A DNA stretch of 64,000 nt, taken from assembly GCA_037379345.1 (NCBI GenBank), contig CM074515.1, forward strand, positions 12,090,001 to 12,154,000, written 5' to 3'. A program made the translations under genes and the position numbers. This DNA is from Perna viridis. Its lineage: Eukaryota. The notes beneath the pieces were generated by a model. The model did not search any database. It worked only from the letters and a program-made list of their open reading frames with translations, and was not told the origin of the DNA. Positions 29,237 through 42,884 of the stretch are shown here, one piece after another; position 1 is the first letter of the stretch, and the number at the start of each line of letters is the position of its first letter.

Positions 29237-32200
29237 CTATTTGTTACCAACCTCATCTTTGACATCATACATATATATATATATATATACATGTATATAT
29301 CTAGAATTATTTGTCATCAAATAAACAAAGTGAAGCCATTATAAAGCAAACCTCAACAAAAGGAGTAAGCCATGCATGACCAAAATTGGTATAAAAAATC
29401 TAGTCTTTATGACTCATCAAGGATATACCATTATTTGAGGGTACCAGTTTCTTGATTTGCTTAAATTTGATGAGTTGTTTATTAAGCGTTTTGTTCATTT
29501 TACCAAATTCTATGAAATGACTTATTTAAATTTTATCTAGAAATTTATTAAGTGGATTGACTTAGCCATAAAAATTAAAAAGTTTAAAAATGTATCTTAC
29601 AGGTAATAACACTAAATTTACCTGATAAAGGTTTTGGTTACTTTTTCATATGTCTCACTGTTTTCTAAAATAACCTGCTTCATTCATTTAGTCATTTCTT
29701 TGCAAAAAGTTTTTCCCTCAATATAAAAAATCCTTTTTTTTTTTTTTAAATAAATGATTTCAAACCACTTTAATTTGTGATTACAACCAAATCTTATTTG
29801 TCTAAATAATAAAAAAAACACAACTATTTCTTTATTTACAGTACCTGTATTTAGAATATGAGCATTGCCTAAAATATAAACCATCTTATATCAGTATAGA
29901 CTCTCATATGCCCTTTTAAAGAAACAGAACACTATTATAGATTGTTAGCCCTTTACTAGGTCTGGATAACATCTCAAGCAGAAATTCAGAAGTTGCCAAA
30001 TTTTCTAAATTTCTATTTGTAACATGCACTTCATCTTCTTCCCTGTCAAGTTTAATAAAACTTTACTAAAATTTTGTATTGCAATCTTGTTTTTTCCAGC
30101 ATATGTTTCCAATGTGAATTAATTATCTCCCTTTGAAGCTGAACAGGTGCCCTGATTAGATTAAGTATTGGAGAGCTAAGGGACATCTGGGATCTATATT
30201 GCTGTATCCAGCTTATAATGTTTGAAAACATGGTCTCTGAATGCTTATATAATTGTAACCAATGATGAAAACCAGATATCCAATTCTCAGGGTGCTGCAG
30301 AAAAATGGCTACAGTAAATAATATTAATATTTATAAATATAAATCCGAAATCTCTTTGTTTAGTCATAAATCTTATTATAAAAAACAGACTTGCCTGCCA
30401 CAAGGCATTTTATTTAATAAAAGTCTCTTTGTGTAGTGATGTTTTGATATAATAAGCCATGCAAGGCAATATTTCAAAGAAGTTGGTTTGTGTCAATGTC
30501 TAGTTACATCTCGTATCAATCCAGCCATAGACAAATTATGGCGTACTAATTACCAACTAAAACTGCTTGTTTTTTTTTTCAACATGAGGAAAGTGAATTA
30601 GAAAATGTTAAAGTTATCACATACAGAGTAGTTACACCATACTAAGTAACTGATGAATTAAAGAGTTAATTGCTCTATATTTCTGAATTTTGTTTGAAAC
30701 ATCCGCTGTGATTACAAACTATTATGGTGATGGAGGTGTAGCATCCCAAAACTGATTGAATGAGCTAAACATTATGTTTGTACAGTTTTACAGAAATTTA
30801 TGGTACTGCATGCTGTACCAACAAAAATAGTGCAGTGCCTGCCATGCTACTCCCCTGGGAGATAAAAAAAAACAATTATTTTATTTTTTATCATAATCGA
30901 TAATCAGAAAATCACTATGAAACAGGAAGTATCAGAAAATTGTATAGAAACAACCTAAATATAGACCTCATACTGCAATCACATGGGTTTAGAATTCGGG
31001 AAAAGACAAACAATACAAAATATCAGTAAGCTACTGCTCACTGAGCACACTCCTGCTCTACCAGAAAATACTGAATAACCAATTGGAATTTGACATGACA
31101 CCAATCTGAAAATGGGAATATTGAGACTGCAGGAGTACTGAGGGGTGTATTCATGCAATAAAACAAGAGATCTATGAACTATATGCTGATGTACACCAAT
31201 CACAGTTTTAACATACGCAAATAAAATACATGTATCCGAGGATTAAATGTGACAGTTATATACTTAGATGATCTAAAAACACAATTCTGAAACTACAAAA
31301 CTAATTCTGAGGAAATAATAAACAATATGCATCACCATACACAGCCCTCTTATTATGTTTGATTTCAGAGTAAAATCAAGTGACTATCTATAATATTGTA
31401 CTCACCTATTCAGGTAATCACTTTATCCAGATATCCTTGTTTCACTGCTGAAGGCACTCATTAACCACTTAACACCAGGTGTACTTGTTAAGGCACTCAG
31501 ATCTGCAAATCCAGGTGTGCTTCCTGGCATACAGGTGTAGAGTAATCTAGGGAGGCAGATAATCTCCAACAAGGTGACATCCCTCCAGCTATGTGGATTA
31601 TCATAACTAATCATAAAGATAATACAGCAAAAGATTAACTACAACTTAAATTAAGATCAGAAAAGCTGAATAAATGTTTTATTCTTCCATATAGAAAACA
31701 TTTCACCAGACAATTGTGGTACTATAAACAAATCAAGTATTTAAGATTAGTCCTGTGTCAACATTGGGTTACTGTTGTTATTTTACAATTATACTGTAAG
31801 ATTATAGATATATCCCTAGGTACAAATTGTTAGCTGACACTACATGTATGGAATGTTACTTGTATATACCTGTAATAAGATGATAATGTAGTAGCTAAAT
31901 TCACTTAAATCAAGCAACATGTGGTTATGGAATTTTTTCTGCCAATACCAGATTAAGCTTTTAAGTTAAAAAAAAACAGAACCCTCCAGGAGATGATAGA
32001 AATGAAATTACAAGAAAACATAAATTACTAAAAAAGAAATTAGACATAAAACTCTTAACAAAAATTCATTTTATGATACAGGACTTTGTATTAAAATTTC
32101 TTAGAAACCAGAAGAACAGATAGTAATGTTATTCACTTCTAACAAAGGCCATAAGGCTGAAAATTTGGGCCTCCCTTTCTTCTTTTATCATGATTTAATT

Positions 32201-32485
32201 ACATTTGACTTGTAATTATTTTTTTTTTACCTTTAAAGGCCTTAAAATGTGGCTACTGTTTACTCATTCATTATTCATACGTACAGTTGACTAAGCCATA
32301 TAGCAACTTATTTTTATCCAGGAAAGTAAATGTTTCTCGACCCTTAAAGCCTGCAATTTTTTACACTTGACTTAAAAAGCTAAGTTTTATCAAATGCTAT
32401 TTTAGCCCTCAATCTTGAACAGTTAGAGCTATGGCTAAAAATAAAAATCAATCAAAACATTCCTTTATAAAACCATGTAGTATAG

Positions 32486-32773
32486 TTTCATAGAGAACCA
32501 TAACTTCTACCATACTCTTTCATAGAGAACCATAACTTCTACTGTACCCTTTCATAGAGAACCATAACTTCTACCGTACTCTTTCATAGAGAACCATAAC
32601 TTCTACCGTACTCTTTCATAGAGAACCATAACTTCTACCGTACTCTTTCATAGAGAACCATAACTTCCACTGTACTCTTTCATAGAGAACCATAACTTCT
32701 ACCTTACCCTTTCATAGAGAACCATAACTTCTACCGTACTCTTTCATAGAGAACCATAACTTCTACTGTACTC
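32486..32773. repeat. 32-bp tandem repeat, 9 copies
   Basis: Unit tttcatagagaaccataacttctaccgtactc, near-identical copies with no spacers. Confidence 0.97.
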
Positions 32774-32895
32774 ATGCTATTTTTCCTGAACTATTTAACT
32801 GCTCCTTTTACATCCTTTTTCAGTCCCTAATTCCTACAAGGTGAAGGTCATAAACAAAAGAGAAAAAATATCAATCAAAGTCTTGACTATTTGGG

Positions 32896-33005
32896 GTTTG
32901 GAACCCAGAGGAACGATTTCATAGAGATCCATACATTTACATGTGCCTGTTTGGAACCCAGAGGAACGATTTCATAGAGATCCATACATTTACATGTGCC
33001 TGTTT
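32896..33005. repeat. Perfect 53-bp tandem duplication
   Basis: gtttggaacccagaggaacgatttcatagagatccatacatttacatgtgcct occurs twice. Confidence 0.95.
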
Positions 33006-33153
33006 AAACTTCAAGCAACTACTTCTGAGTTAAATAAGTTCATTTCAATCAGGACAGTTTTCAGTCATTCATGTTTCAGATACCATCCCCTACACAACCA
33101 AATGTGCCACACATGAGAATCATATGGTTTGAAACTATAGGTTTCATAATGAG

Positions 33154-33547
33154 TGAAAGTTAAATATTAAGTATTGCAAAATATCAACACGTTATTTAAT
33201 TTCAACATCATATCTAATGAGCCTTCGGGTGTTCGTTATGATATTGAAATTAAATAAAGAGAGTTGATATTTTGTGATATTCAACTTTTATGATATTTAA
33301 TATTTTTCTCTATGATTCCTTTGGAATATTTTGGCTGCTTGATATTTGGTATCTGTCGTGGCAGATATTCTAGTGATTGTCCGTCTATGATGTCAGCGTC
33401 TGGAGAACAACATTATGAACATCACAAAATCACTTTCGACTAATCAGGTTTTTAGAAAATGATACATTATCACACAACAATCTATGGTGTGGTTTAGCAA
33501 ATATCTAGCTGTCCAAGAAAAGATTTAACAACCAAATCATAGAGAAA
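33154..33547. mobile_element. Second hairpin-plus-inverted-repeat element (same architecture as 22847-23704)
   Basis: Imperfect hairpin arms at about 33154-33212 and 33237-33290; tttctctatgatt (33305-33317) pairs with aatcatagagaaa (33535-33547). Confidence 0.55.
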
Positions 33548-34896
33548 TATGATTATCATAAGAAGTCAGCAAGATATGAAAATCATATGTTTCAATTTAC
33601 ATACGGTTATTGCATGATTATTATATGATAATCATGTTTTTCACAAACATATCATTATCATATGTTTCAAAACCAAAATTAATATGGGAATCATATGATA
33701 ATCATACTAATTTCATATGTAAATTATCAGTGTCCCTATTAAATTCCCTAACATTAAGACTAAATTTTTCCGAAGCAGTCAGTATAGTTTTGCTTTTTAC
33801 CCTTTGACCAAAAAGACACTCTTCCATGGAAATGCAAGTCACCTGATCTAAATTCTATTTCCTGATTGGATAAATACTGATAACTAATTGGCATTCAAAA
33901 AAACTGTTTCGGAAATATAAATTGCCTGCCATGTGTTATATCCTGAATAAAATGTAAAAAATTATAAGTAAAAATAACTAATTTTACTGCATCTTTTTTA
34001 AAAGATGGTACTTGATACTTGTTATTAATCTAGTGGTGATATATTTTTATAAATTGAAATTTTACCAAACATCTTCTCAGAGTAAAACTAGAAAAATCTG
34101 TACACTAGAAATAACTACATTCAACTCATTGATGTTTTACATGAGTAATATGAAGAAAACCCGACCTTAAAGACTTAAATACCCATATATGACATTATTT
34201 GACAAATTATAGAGAAAATTTCTTGATACAGCAATGATGATGTATTAAGATGGTTTCATGAAGATTTGACAACATTTTTAAATATCTTGAGAGTACAGAC
34301 TGAAAATCTCTATTATCTCCCTTTATAATAAACTAGACATTTGAAGCTGGTAAAATTGCTGGTGGTCTGAAAAAATCCCACATACAAGCCAGTAATATCT
34401 ATAAAAAAAACAACATTTTCAATTTATCTTGAAGTCAGTCATAAAAAGTAACTATTTTGAATTATTTAAACTTCATGTATATACAAAGGGAAATAATTCA
34501 ATTTTTGTGGCCATCAGACACATACCTGCTAAGTTTTACTATTTGTGGGAGGTTTCTTCCATGAAAGCTCCTAAATCTAAATTTTCAAAAAAAAATATCT
34601 TGACCACAATTTACAACCCAAGATCCAAATAAGTGGCACATTACATTTGTTTGTCACAAAGATACCAGAGAACACTTCGATGAATTTGAAGCCCCTGAAG
34701 CTTTTTGTTAATGGTTGCTGAGGACTATTTCACACATTGAAACTTCCCATAGACTTTTGAAATATCAGCAGGTATGCTGGTCGGCTTTTCTTCCGTAACC
34801 TTCACAGACAACCCTAAGCACAGTCTAACTCCAGTAACTAACACAAATAGAATTCATGTTAAAAAGTCAAGTATATTATTGAAAAAAACAATCATA

Positions 34897-35082
34897 CTGT
34901 GAAAGTACTATTGTTCGTGGGGTACCAATTTTCATGGTTTTTGTGGACCCATGAAATTTGGTTCCAAAAGAAAAGCATATTCCTATTGATGTGTGTACTG
35001 AAAACCTCAAAACCATGAATTCTGCAAACTTATGTATTTTCCCTAATCCACAAAAATTGTTATCCACAGAGTACTTTCACAG
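34897..35082. mobile_element. TA-flanked MITE, copy 2
   Basis: Perfect ta-ctgtgaaagtact / agtactttcacag-ta termini. Confidence 0.88.
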
Positions 35083-35842
35083 TATGTAACTTTGTCTGTG
35101 ATAGACACAGAGAAATTTGTGTGTAAAATAACTACCTATACTGCTCACTAAAAACAATTTCATAAATTTTTATGAATTCCAATTAAATAATAAATCCTAC
35201 ATGAAGAATTAATTATTTTTCTCTTTAGGATTACAAAAATTGAAAAAAGAAACCAAGAAATTGCCACTTAAAATTCATACCATGTTCATAAGTTTTCCAG
35301 AAGAAAAAGGCAGTAGGTAGTTTTGTTTTTAGGAAAAAGCCTATTTTATTTAGGAAGAAATCTGGTAACAAAAAACAAAAAAAAATTTTAATGAAAAATA
35401 TCCTTATATAGAACATTCGACGGACATGATTTAATAAGGTCACCAAACAAAGCTGAAATTGGCAAAATAAGAAATAAACATGTTATAAAACAATAATGTG
35501 ATTAATTAAATTGGTGAGTGCTGACCAATCCACCTTAATGATGTCATAGTACCAAGAAGGGGTGTAATCATTCCATTCTGCTGTCATGATTCTTGGCTGA
35601 CAATTCTATAAATATTGCAATTATAAGACATATATTAGATATGTCGTGTTTGTGTTTTATTTCATTTTTCATTTCAACCAATTACAAGAAAAATGACACA
35701 GAGTCAAGTCCTTAAGTAATGACTAGCCTTTACCCCTTACACTTTAAGCAATTCTAAAGTGCTCAAAACAGCAGATAAATCGGCTTGTGATTAAATAAAC
35801 AAAATTTCAAAAAACTTTGTCATCTGGAATAAGTACAGTTTT

Positions 35843-36600
35843 ATACAAGGATACAAGGATACTAATACTTTATTCAAACTGTCATCTGCGAATAGTCTCA
35901 CAGATGAGTTGACTAAATCGGGCAAATCATTTGTAAGACACAAGAAGTGTATTGGCACTTGGGGACCCCTGATGGTCCCAACACTGTGCCCTGGGGGACC
36001 CCTGATTCTCCTGTTGCATATTTAGTGTGTTCTCTTTTTTGCTGTACTTACATTTCCTTTCTGTAAGGGAAGATGCGAGCCATTTGTGGCAATTTCCTTG
36101 GATTTCATCTTCATGAATCTTATGCAGTAATCTGTCATGAGGCAGAATGCTTTTGAGAAGTCTAAGATCACAATGTAAACTGTTGTGTCATGGGTTTTGC
36201 GGATTGGGAATCAAATTTCACATTCATTGCTACCTGTTTAGTGTCAGAATTCTCCAGCTGATATTTTGATGTTAGAAATAAACTTTATTATGAGAGAACT
36301 CTCGATGAGTTAAATTCGAGTTTCCCTTCATTGACCAAGCACATTTTAGAGTGCAAAATATGAGAAAGTCAATATCTGGTTGAATAGCCAATCTATCAAG
36401 GAAAAGCTATCAACCCGGGCCCGTTTGATTAGCCACGGCCTAAACAAATTTTTAAGTCAGAGAATGTTTTTAACATCCATGGTAACTACATTCAAAGTCT
36501 TTGAAATTGGTGATGTCACAGTTTTGAGTACTTCCTCAGACTTAAGTAATTTTTTTCAGGTTTATGGTGCTGGGGCTTGAACTCAACAAATAACAACAGG
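35843..36600 (-). mobile_element. CR1-group LINE reverse transcriptase fragment (pseudogenic) with 3' tail
   Basis: The minus strand gives LDFSKAF, SGVPQGTVLGP (35973-36005) and RLFADDS (FADD at 35881-35892), followed by aataaa and an (atccttgt)n tail. Confidence 0.85.
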
Positions 36601-37366
36601 CCTGTATGACCATAATTTTTTTAACATTTTTTTATCATTAAAACAAGGATTATTACACTCCCTGATTTAAGGTTATCATTTAATAAATCATTATGTTTCT
36701 ATATTTGAGCTATTATGTGTGTTCTCAGATATATTCACCTGTTTTTAAATGATTGTTATGCTATGCCCAGATGATAAAACCGGGCGCAGCATAAAAAACA
36801 CTTTATGTGCAAATAAGCTTATTATACTGCTGTACCCTCTTTCCGATGTATAACTAGTTCTGGTGTATTATCAATATACCTTTTGGTACAGAACTGATTG
36901 CATGTGCTTGGGTCAGAGGTCAGAGGTTGCCGACACAGAAACCGGCCTGTTCCATGAAAACAATAACAAAGACCAGTTTGTCAGTCTTCCTCGTATTTTT
37001 AAAGTTTAAAGCTCAACATAAAATATTTCCAACTTTTCCAAAACCCATAATATTTAATCCCAATTATAAATGTAGAAAATACAATAATGTCAATATTGAA
37101 TTATCGTCTGTCATTTGCAAAGCTTCCAAAACAACAATCACATGACCAAAATATGTTGTGTGTCCTAAGAAAAAACCATGAAAAGCCAGATTAACAAAAA
37201 TTGAACATTTTCTGAGGAATTTTTACTACATCCTGAAGGCCTTGGCTTGAGCTATTTCTAGATATACAGATTTACAGATGCTTGACAATTTTTTAAAGTT
37301 ATAAATGTTACAAAACATCAGATTACAAGACCAAAATTAGGCAGTTCTACAATACTGTGAAGTGCT

Positions 37367-38406
37367 GGCTAAATAGTTAAAACGGCACCTGGTTAAAATG
37401 GTACATTGTTAAAATGGCACCTAATACAGTCAAAATGGCACTTATTTTCTATAAAATGGCACTTTATTATTGCATTTTTTAAAATAAATTACAAATGCTA
37501 TATAGACCCAACCAATGACAGAATAAATGTTTATTTTCATTAAACATACCAATGTGGATTCACACACACACACAATGACATACACACATTTAGTCATAAA
37601 TATTACCAATATAATACTTTTTATTATTTATTTTATTTATTATTTATTTTGAAGAGCTAATTTCATTAAGAATAGGAAATATTATTCAAGTTTTGATTGC
37701 AAATTCATTAAGTAAATTAGTTTGGGGATTGGATTATGGTTTATGGCTTTGCTAATTACCGATAATGTATGGCTTTGTTTATTTAATAGATGATACAATT
37801 AATATTATTAATTTAATTATTTAAGTAGATTATTTCACTACTTCAATTATAATTAACTATATGTCCTGATATCCATACTTTTGTAAAAATTATAAGTTTT
37901 ATAAGATTATTTACAATGTAATAAATGTGGCATTTACTTCTGTATTTTAATCTAGTTTTTATTTGTGATAAATTTCACACCTTATTTTTTTTTTGGTATT
38001 TCATTTAATTTAATTTTTATTGCATTATATATTTTCCCATTTTTATAAATAATTCAATGAAAATAATAAAACATGTGAACAAAATATTGTAAATGAAAGG
38101 ACAAAATGAAATTTATTCATATGAAATTAAAAAAAAAAATTATCACAATTTTTGCATGACATGTCATGCAAAAACACTTTAATTTTATATCTATCCAAAA
38201 TAAATAACCTCCAAAAAATACCAGGAAGAATACTAAATGTATCAGAGGATTTATTTTCAATATTATTAAATGATTAATCATACATTTATGACTGGTGCTA
38301 TTTTAACTATATACAGGTGCCATTTTGACCAAGTGCCATTTTAACCAGGTGCCGTTTTAACTTCACAGGTGCCATTTTGACCAAGTGCCATTATGACAAG
38401 AATTCC
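37367..38406. mobile_element. MITE-like element with subterminal inverted repeat arrays
   Basis: Arrays of gttaaaatggcac on the left and gtgccattttaac on the right; 27-bp perfect IR at 37375-37401 / 38336-38362. AT-rich interior; TSD not identified. Confidence 0.7.
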
Positions 38407-38808
38407 GACAGCAATAATGGCTGATAGTTGACATCTGATTTACATTCACTGGTTTAATAGCTAATTGAATAAAGACATGCATATGACATAATATACAGAA
38501 ATGGAAAGTAGAATGTTCGAATTTTACTTAAATAAATAGCATTAGCGTCGTCTCGTCAGATCGGCAACTCTATCGATGCCCAAGTATATCTGTTGTCCGA
38601 TTCGGAATTGCCATCCCGGGAAAGTGCCTCTCCAACACATCTAAATGTGCATTACCTTCTGAAAGACATGTTTTATGTTTTCATAAGTATCGGATGACTC
38701 TATCTTGGGTTTCTTCTGAGATACAATAAAATCTTGGTCTGCATTGTCCTCGGATGGAGGACGGCAGAGGACAGGGAAAAGAAACGGACTTTATTTCGTG
38801 GTATTTGA

Positions 38809-38996
38809 TTGATTTGATTGATTGTTGGGGTTTAACGTGCGAGCAGCCATATCTCAGCCATATTCAGACGATGAACATGAAATTGGTGATAAATGAACAT
38901 GGAATGATGATGAAATCAAAAATGGGATGGGACACAAGGATAACAGGGTCGACAAATTTTGATTGCCACTAGAAAAAGGGAAGAATGGGTAAGGTC
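38809..38996 (-). mobile_element. 5'-truncated SINE copy (same family as 42030-42545)
   Basis: Homologous 3' portion with (caat)n tail; 9-bp TSD ggtatttga at 38800-38808 and 38997-39005. Confidence 0.88.
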
Positions 38997-39204
38997 GGTA
39001 TTTGAGTTACACCACAACCCACAGGGGCTTGCTCCTACCATAGACGTGTAATTAGGTAATCATAGGTCTCTGCTCCCACTATCATATGCGGCCGTGGTTA
39101 TAGGGCTGCATGTATTTGATGGTTGGGCAAGCCCTTGTGGTTTTACGACGTTATCTAATTTTCATACGTTTTATTTGAATAGTGTCCATGAATTTCGAAA
39201 GGCC

Positions 39205-39374
39205 TGTCAGGAAAAACGCGAAGTACTAACTCTTAGCGACATGGTAATGTCGCAGCCATGACGTCTTTATGTGACGTTCTTATAAACATATTATATGGAC
39301 TTCATAAAGACAACATTTAGTAAACGTTATATCTTCTTCAACAGCGCATTATTACTGAGTTTCACCCCTTTTTA
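39205..39374 (+). repeat. 5' LTR of the BEL/Pao element (about 170 bp)
   Basis: Starts with TG, is similar to 52154-52204, and is immediately followed by the PBS. Confidence 0.8.
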
Positions 39375-39384
39375 TGGTGCCGTG
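39375..39384 (+). promoter_or_regulatory. Primer-binding site complementary to the tRNA-His 3' end
   Basis: TGGTGCCGTG directly after the LTR. Confidence 0.75.
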
Positions 39385-39399
39385 CCGCTGGAAATAAAA

Positions 39400-41061
39400 T
39401 CCGAGCCAAGTCTAAAATCAGTTCGTGCAAGACATCGAAGATGCATGACGAAACTACTGCAGAAATTCGATGATCTGAAGGCGAAAACGGATATTGAAAT
39501 TGGCGATGTGAAATCTCTCGAGGAGACGGTGACACAGAAACAGAAAACTCTCATAGACTTGAACGCTAAGATTCTTGAGCAGATACCCGAAGAGGACTTC
39601 GAGCAAGAGCTCACTGATGCAGACGAATACATGTATGTATTACATTGTAAAGTTAGACAAATACGCAAATTTGCCGAGTCATTACAAAGTAACGAAAACC
39701 ACGCAAAATCTACGCAAGATGTTGCACCTACGCCCATCAGACTTAACCGGCATGGATCTACTTACACGCCCACGCCTGCATATTCCGCAGATATGAACAC
39801 TTGTGCAATAGATACACTGAGTAATCATTGCTCCATTCCCGCCCCGGAGATGCATACCCGTCCATCAGACCAAGTTTTGTACGAGAATACGTCCATGCAT
39901 ACTCGCCCGTCAGAAAACGCAACATATGAGATTCCGTCAGGTACTAGATTTCAATCACGCAACAATCATAGACTCCCGAAACTAGACCTACCTTACTTTA
40001 ATGGTGATATACTGAAATGACAGACATTTTGGGATTGCTTTGAATCGTCAATACATTCCAATGACTGACACCCATTCAAAAATTCAGCCACTTACTTGCC
40101 CAGCTGGAGGGAAGCGCCGCACAAACAGTAGGTTCTGCTTTGACCAACGGAAATTAAGATACCGCACTCAATCTACTCAAAGACGGATACGGAAATCCGG
40201 GTAAAAGGGTTCACGCATACATGAAAGCGCCCATGAAATTGCCTGCACCAACAAATGATGTCTATAGAGCATACGGAGATAAACTTGAGTCTAGAAACAC
40301 TTGGTCAAACGTCGGGTATATATGGATCGATCTTAGTACCAGCTATCCTAGAGAAATTGCCATCAGAAATCAGAAAATCTATAGCGCGGGAACACAAGGA
40401 AAGCACGCTAACTTTGGAGAAACTACGCATATCGATCAGCGATGTAATTGACGTACTAGAAGCTGGAAAGGGAGTAGACGAGACGGAAAAAATGCACGCT
40501 ACAGCATTTTTGACGGGAGTGCACCCAAAGAAAAACAACAAGATAAAAAAGAATACAAGACGATCGTGTATATTTTCATCTGGGGACCATTTTCCGATAG
40601 ACTGTACCTAAGTAACGGATGTTAACGCAAGATTGAAAATTGTAAAACAGAAACAATTACGCTATAACTGTTTAGGAGCACACCGTATATCCGCATGCAA
40701 ATCAACAAAACGATGTAAGAAATGCAAATCGATGCATCACACTTGTATCTACAAAGGAAAGGAGTCAACGACGTGCACCACTGAAAAAGCAAAACCAGTG
40801 ACAACAGCTATTAACGAAGTAGAAACGCATGAGACAACTGTAATGCACGCATCACAAAGAAGCAGTGAGATTTTATTGAAAACCGCTGTTGCGTCAGTAA
40901 CCTACAACGACCAAGGAGTTGAAACAAGCATTTTATTTGATGAGGGCGCTCAACGTTCTTTCATTACACAGAAACACGCTAATTGTCCCACAAATTGCTA
41001 TTCCGTTGCAAAACAAGACATCAAATGCGACACGCAACTTACCGTATTTGAGAGGTCTTAA
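39400..41061 (+). pseudogene. BEL/Pao gag and aspartic protease (stops and frameshifts)
   Basis: RLPKLDLPYFNGDILK*QTFWDCF (DUF1759-type), Cys/His knuckles (CIFSSGDHFPIDC; CKKCKSMHHTC) and ILFDEGAQRSFIT protease motif. Confidence 0.9.
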
Positions 41062-42029
41062 GTTGGCACACCCAGTATGAGACGGAGAACGATTTGAGAT
41101 AGACCTACTTGTAGGCTCAGACTACTATTGGGAAATCGTAGCAGATCAAGTGATAAGAGGTAACGGACCCACTCGAAAATCGAAAATTGGATATTTACTC
41201 TCAGGACCACTGAACAAAAACGTTAATCAGACATCAGCGTCAGCAGTAATGCTAAATGTTATAAATCGCATCATTTCGAGGAAATGGAGATAGAAAAGTT
41301 CTGGAAACTTGAGTCCATTGAAATCAACTCATGCGAGGATACGGATGAGACGAACTCATGAAGAAGTATCAGAAAGAGGCTATAACTTACGATAATGGGA
41401 AATATATCGCGATGTTGCCTTGGAAACCATAACACCCCGAACTACCTTCAAATATTGCAGTTACCAAGAGCAGGACCGAAAACATCGCTAGGCGCTTGAG
41501 TAAGGAGCCGTATTTACTACAGAAATACACAGAGATAATCGATGGACAAGAAAGGAGAGGTTTCATATAGAGAGTTCATGAAAGACGATCAAGACAATAA
41601 GCGTACTGTCCATTACATTCCCCATCACCCCATGAAGAAGGACTCCGAGACTACTCCAATCCGTATAGTATACGATTGCAGTTGTAAACCACGTCAAGAT
41701 GCACCTAGCCTAAACGATTATTTGAAGTCAACCCCGCCTGATTTAAAGGACTTGACAAAAATCCTCACGAGATTTAGAATCGGAACGTATGGAATCAGCA
41801 CAGATATCGAGAAAGCGTTTTTGCAAGTAGGACTACAAAAAAGGCTACATGAGAAAGATATGGACGCAACTCGTTTCTTCTGGTTAGCAGACACAAATGA
41901 GTCACATGGAAAACACAACCTACAGGTTCAAGTCGGTATTGTTCGGAGCCACATGCTCACCGTCTCTTCTTAATGCCACTCTATTTAAACACCTAGACGA
42001 GAACAACACTGAAATTTCGGAAACAATGA

Positions 42030-42545
42030 TTGATTGATTGTTGTTGGGGTTTAACGCCCGAGCAGCAATATTTCAGCTATATTCAGGCGATGAACATGAA
42101 ATGGATGATAAAATGAATATGAAATGATGATGATGAAATAAAAAAGGGTGGGCCACAAGGATATGAGGGTTGACAAATTTTGATTGCCACAAGCGGGAGA
42201 GGTGGGTAGGGTCGGGCAATTTAGCCTCCTGTCGCGGAGCGCAAAGGTTCATACTCCTATCGAATACCGCAGCAGGGTTCTTTAACGTGCAAGGAACGTG
42301 GCATCTTTCAAAAGACGGTGCACCACTATGGTTTGCTGTCAGGTTTTCCGTATTATAGCCTGACAACCCCAGCATGTAACACGCCAGTGGTACCCCATTC
42401 AACAACCTGGGGCACACAACCCAGTTGCTGAGTGGGCAGAGCGCCTAGCCCCCAGCTAGGTTTCTGAGCACTATTTAGTCGCCTTTTACGACAAGCTTAG
42501 CGCTGCTGCAAGCCTATTCGTTTGACATCCGGACCTGTACGGGGC
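42030..42545 (-). mobile_element. Full-length SINE-like retroposon with non-tRNA structured head, Meta-like core and (caat)n tail
   Basis: 13-bp TSD tcggaaacaatga at 42017-42029 and 42546-42558; core motif gcacgttaaagaaccc; tail atatagctgaaatattgctg...gcgttaaaccccaacaacaatcaatc. Confidence 0.92.
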
Positions 42546-42884
42546 TCGGAAACAATGAAACAGGACTTGTATGTAGACAATATCATGTCAAGCGTGAACA
42601 CAAAAGACGACGCTATAACTTACTTCAAAGATGTAATGTCCGCCGAGGGATTCAATTTGCGCTTATGGAATTCAAACTGCAGTGAACTTATGGATGAAGC
42701 GATTGAGGAAAATGCAGTAGAGAGAAAAAAACAACAGTCAAAACACTGGGTGTAACGTGGAACACGGAAAAAGACGCGGTGTCTTTCCATAAAGTGAAAG
42801 TTACGGACGTTACGGAAGCAAATATTACGAAGCGGGAAGTTCTCAGGCAGTCATCTCGTGTATATGATCCCGTAGGAATGTTAT

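Noticed and set aside
31406-31614. Exon-like segment ending at a minus-strand gtgag donor
   Set aside because: Stops occur in all three frames just before the donor; at most a non-coding exon.
32486-32773. CRISPR-like appearance of the 32-bp arrays (also 27198-27369 and 13591-13870)
   Set aside because: Head-to-tail repeats without unique spacers, no cas genes, and a eukaryotic context.
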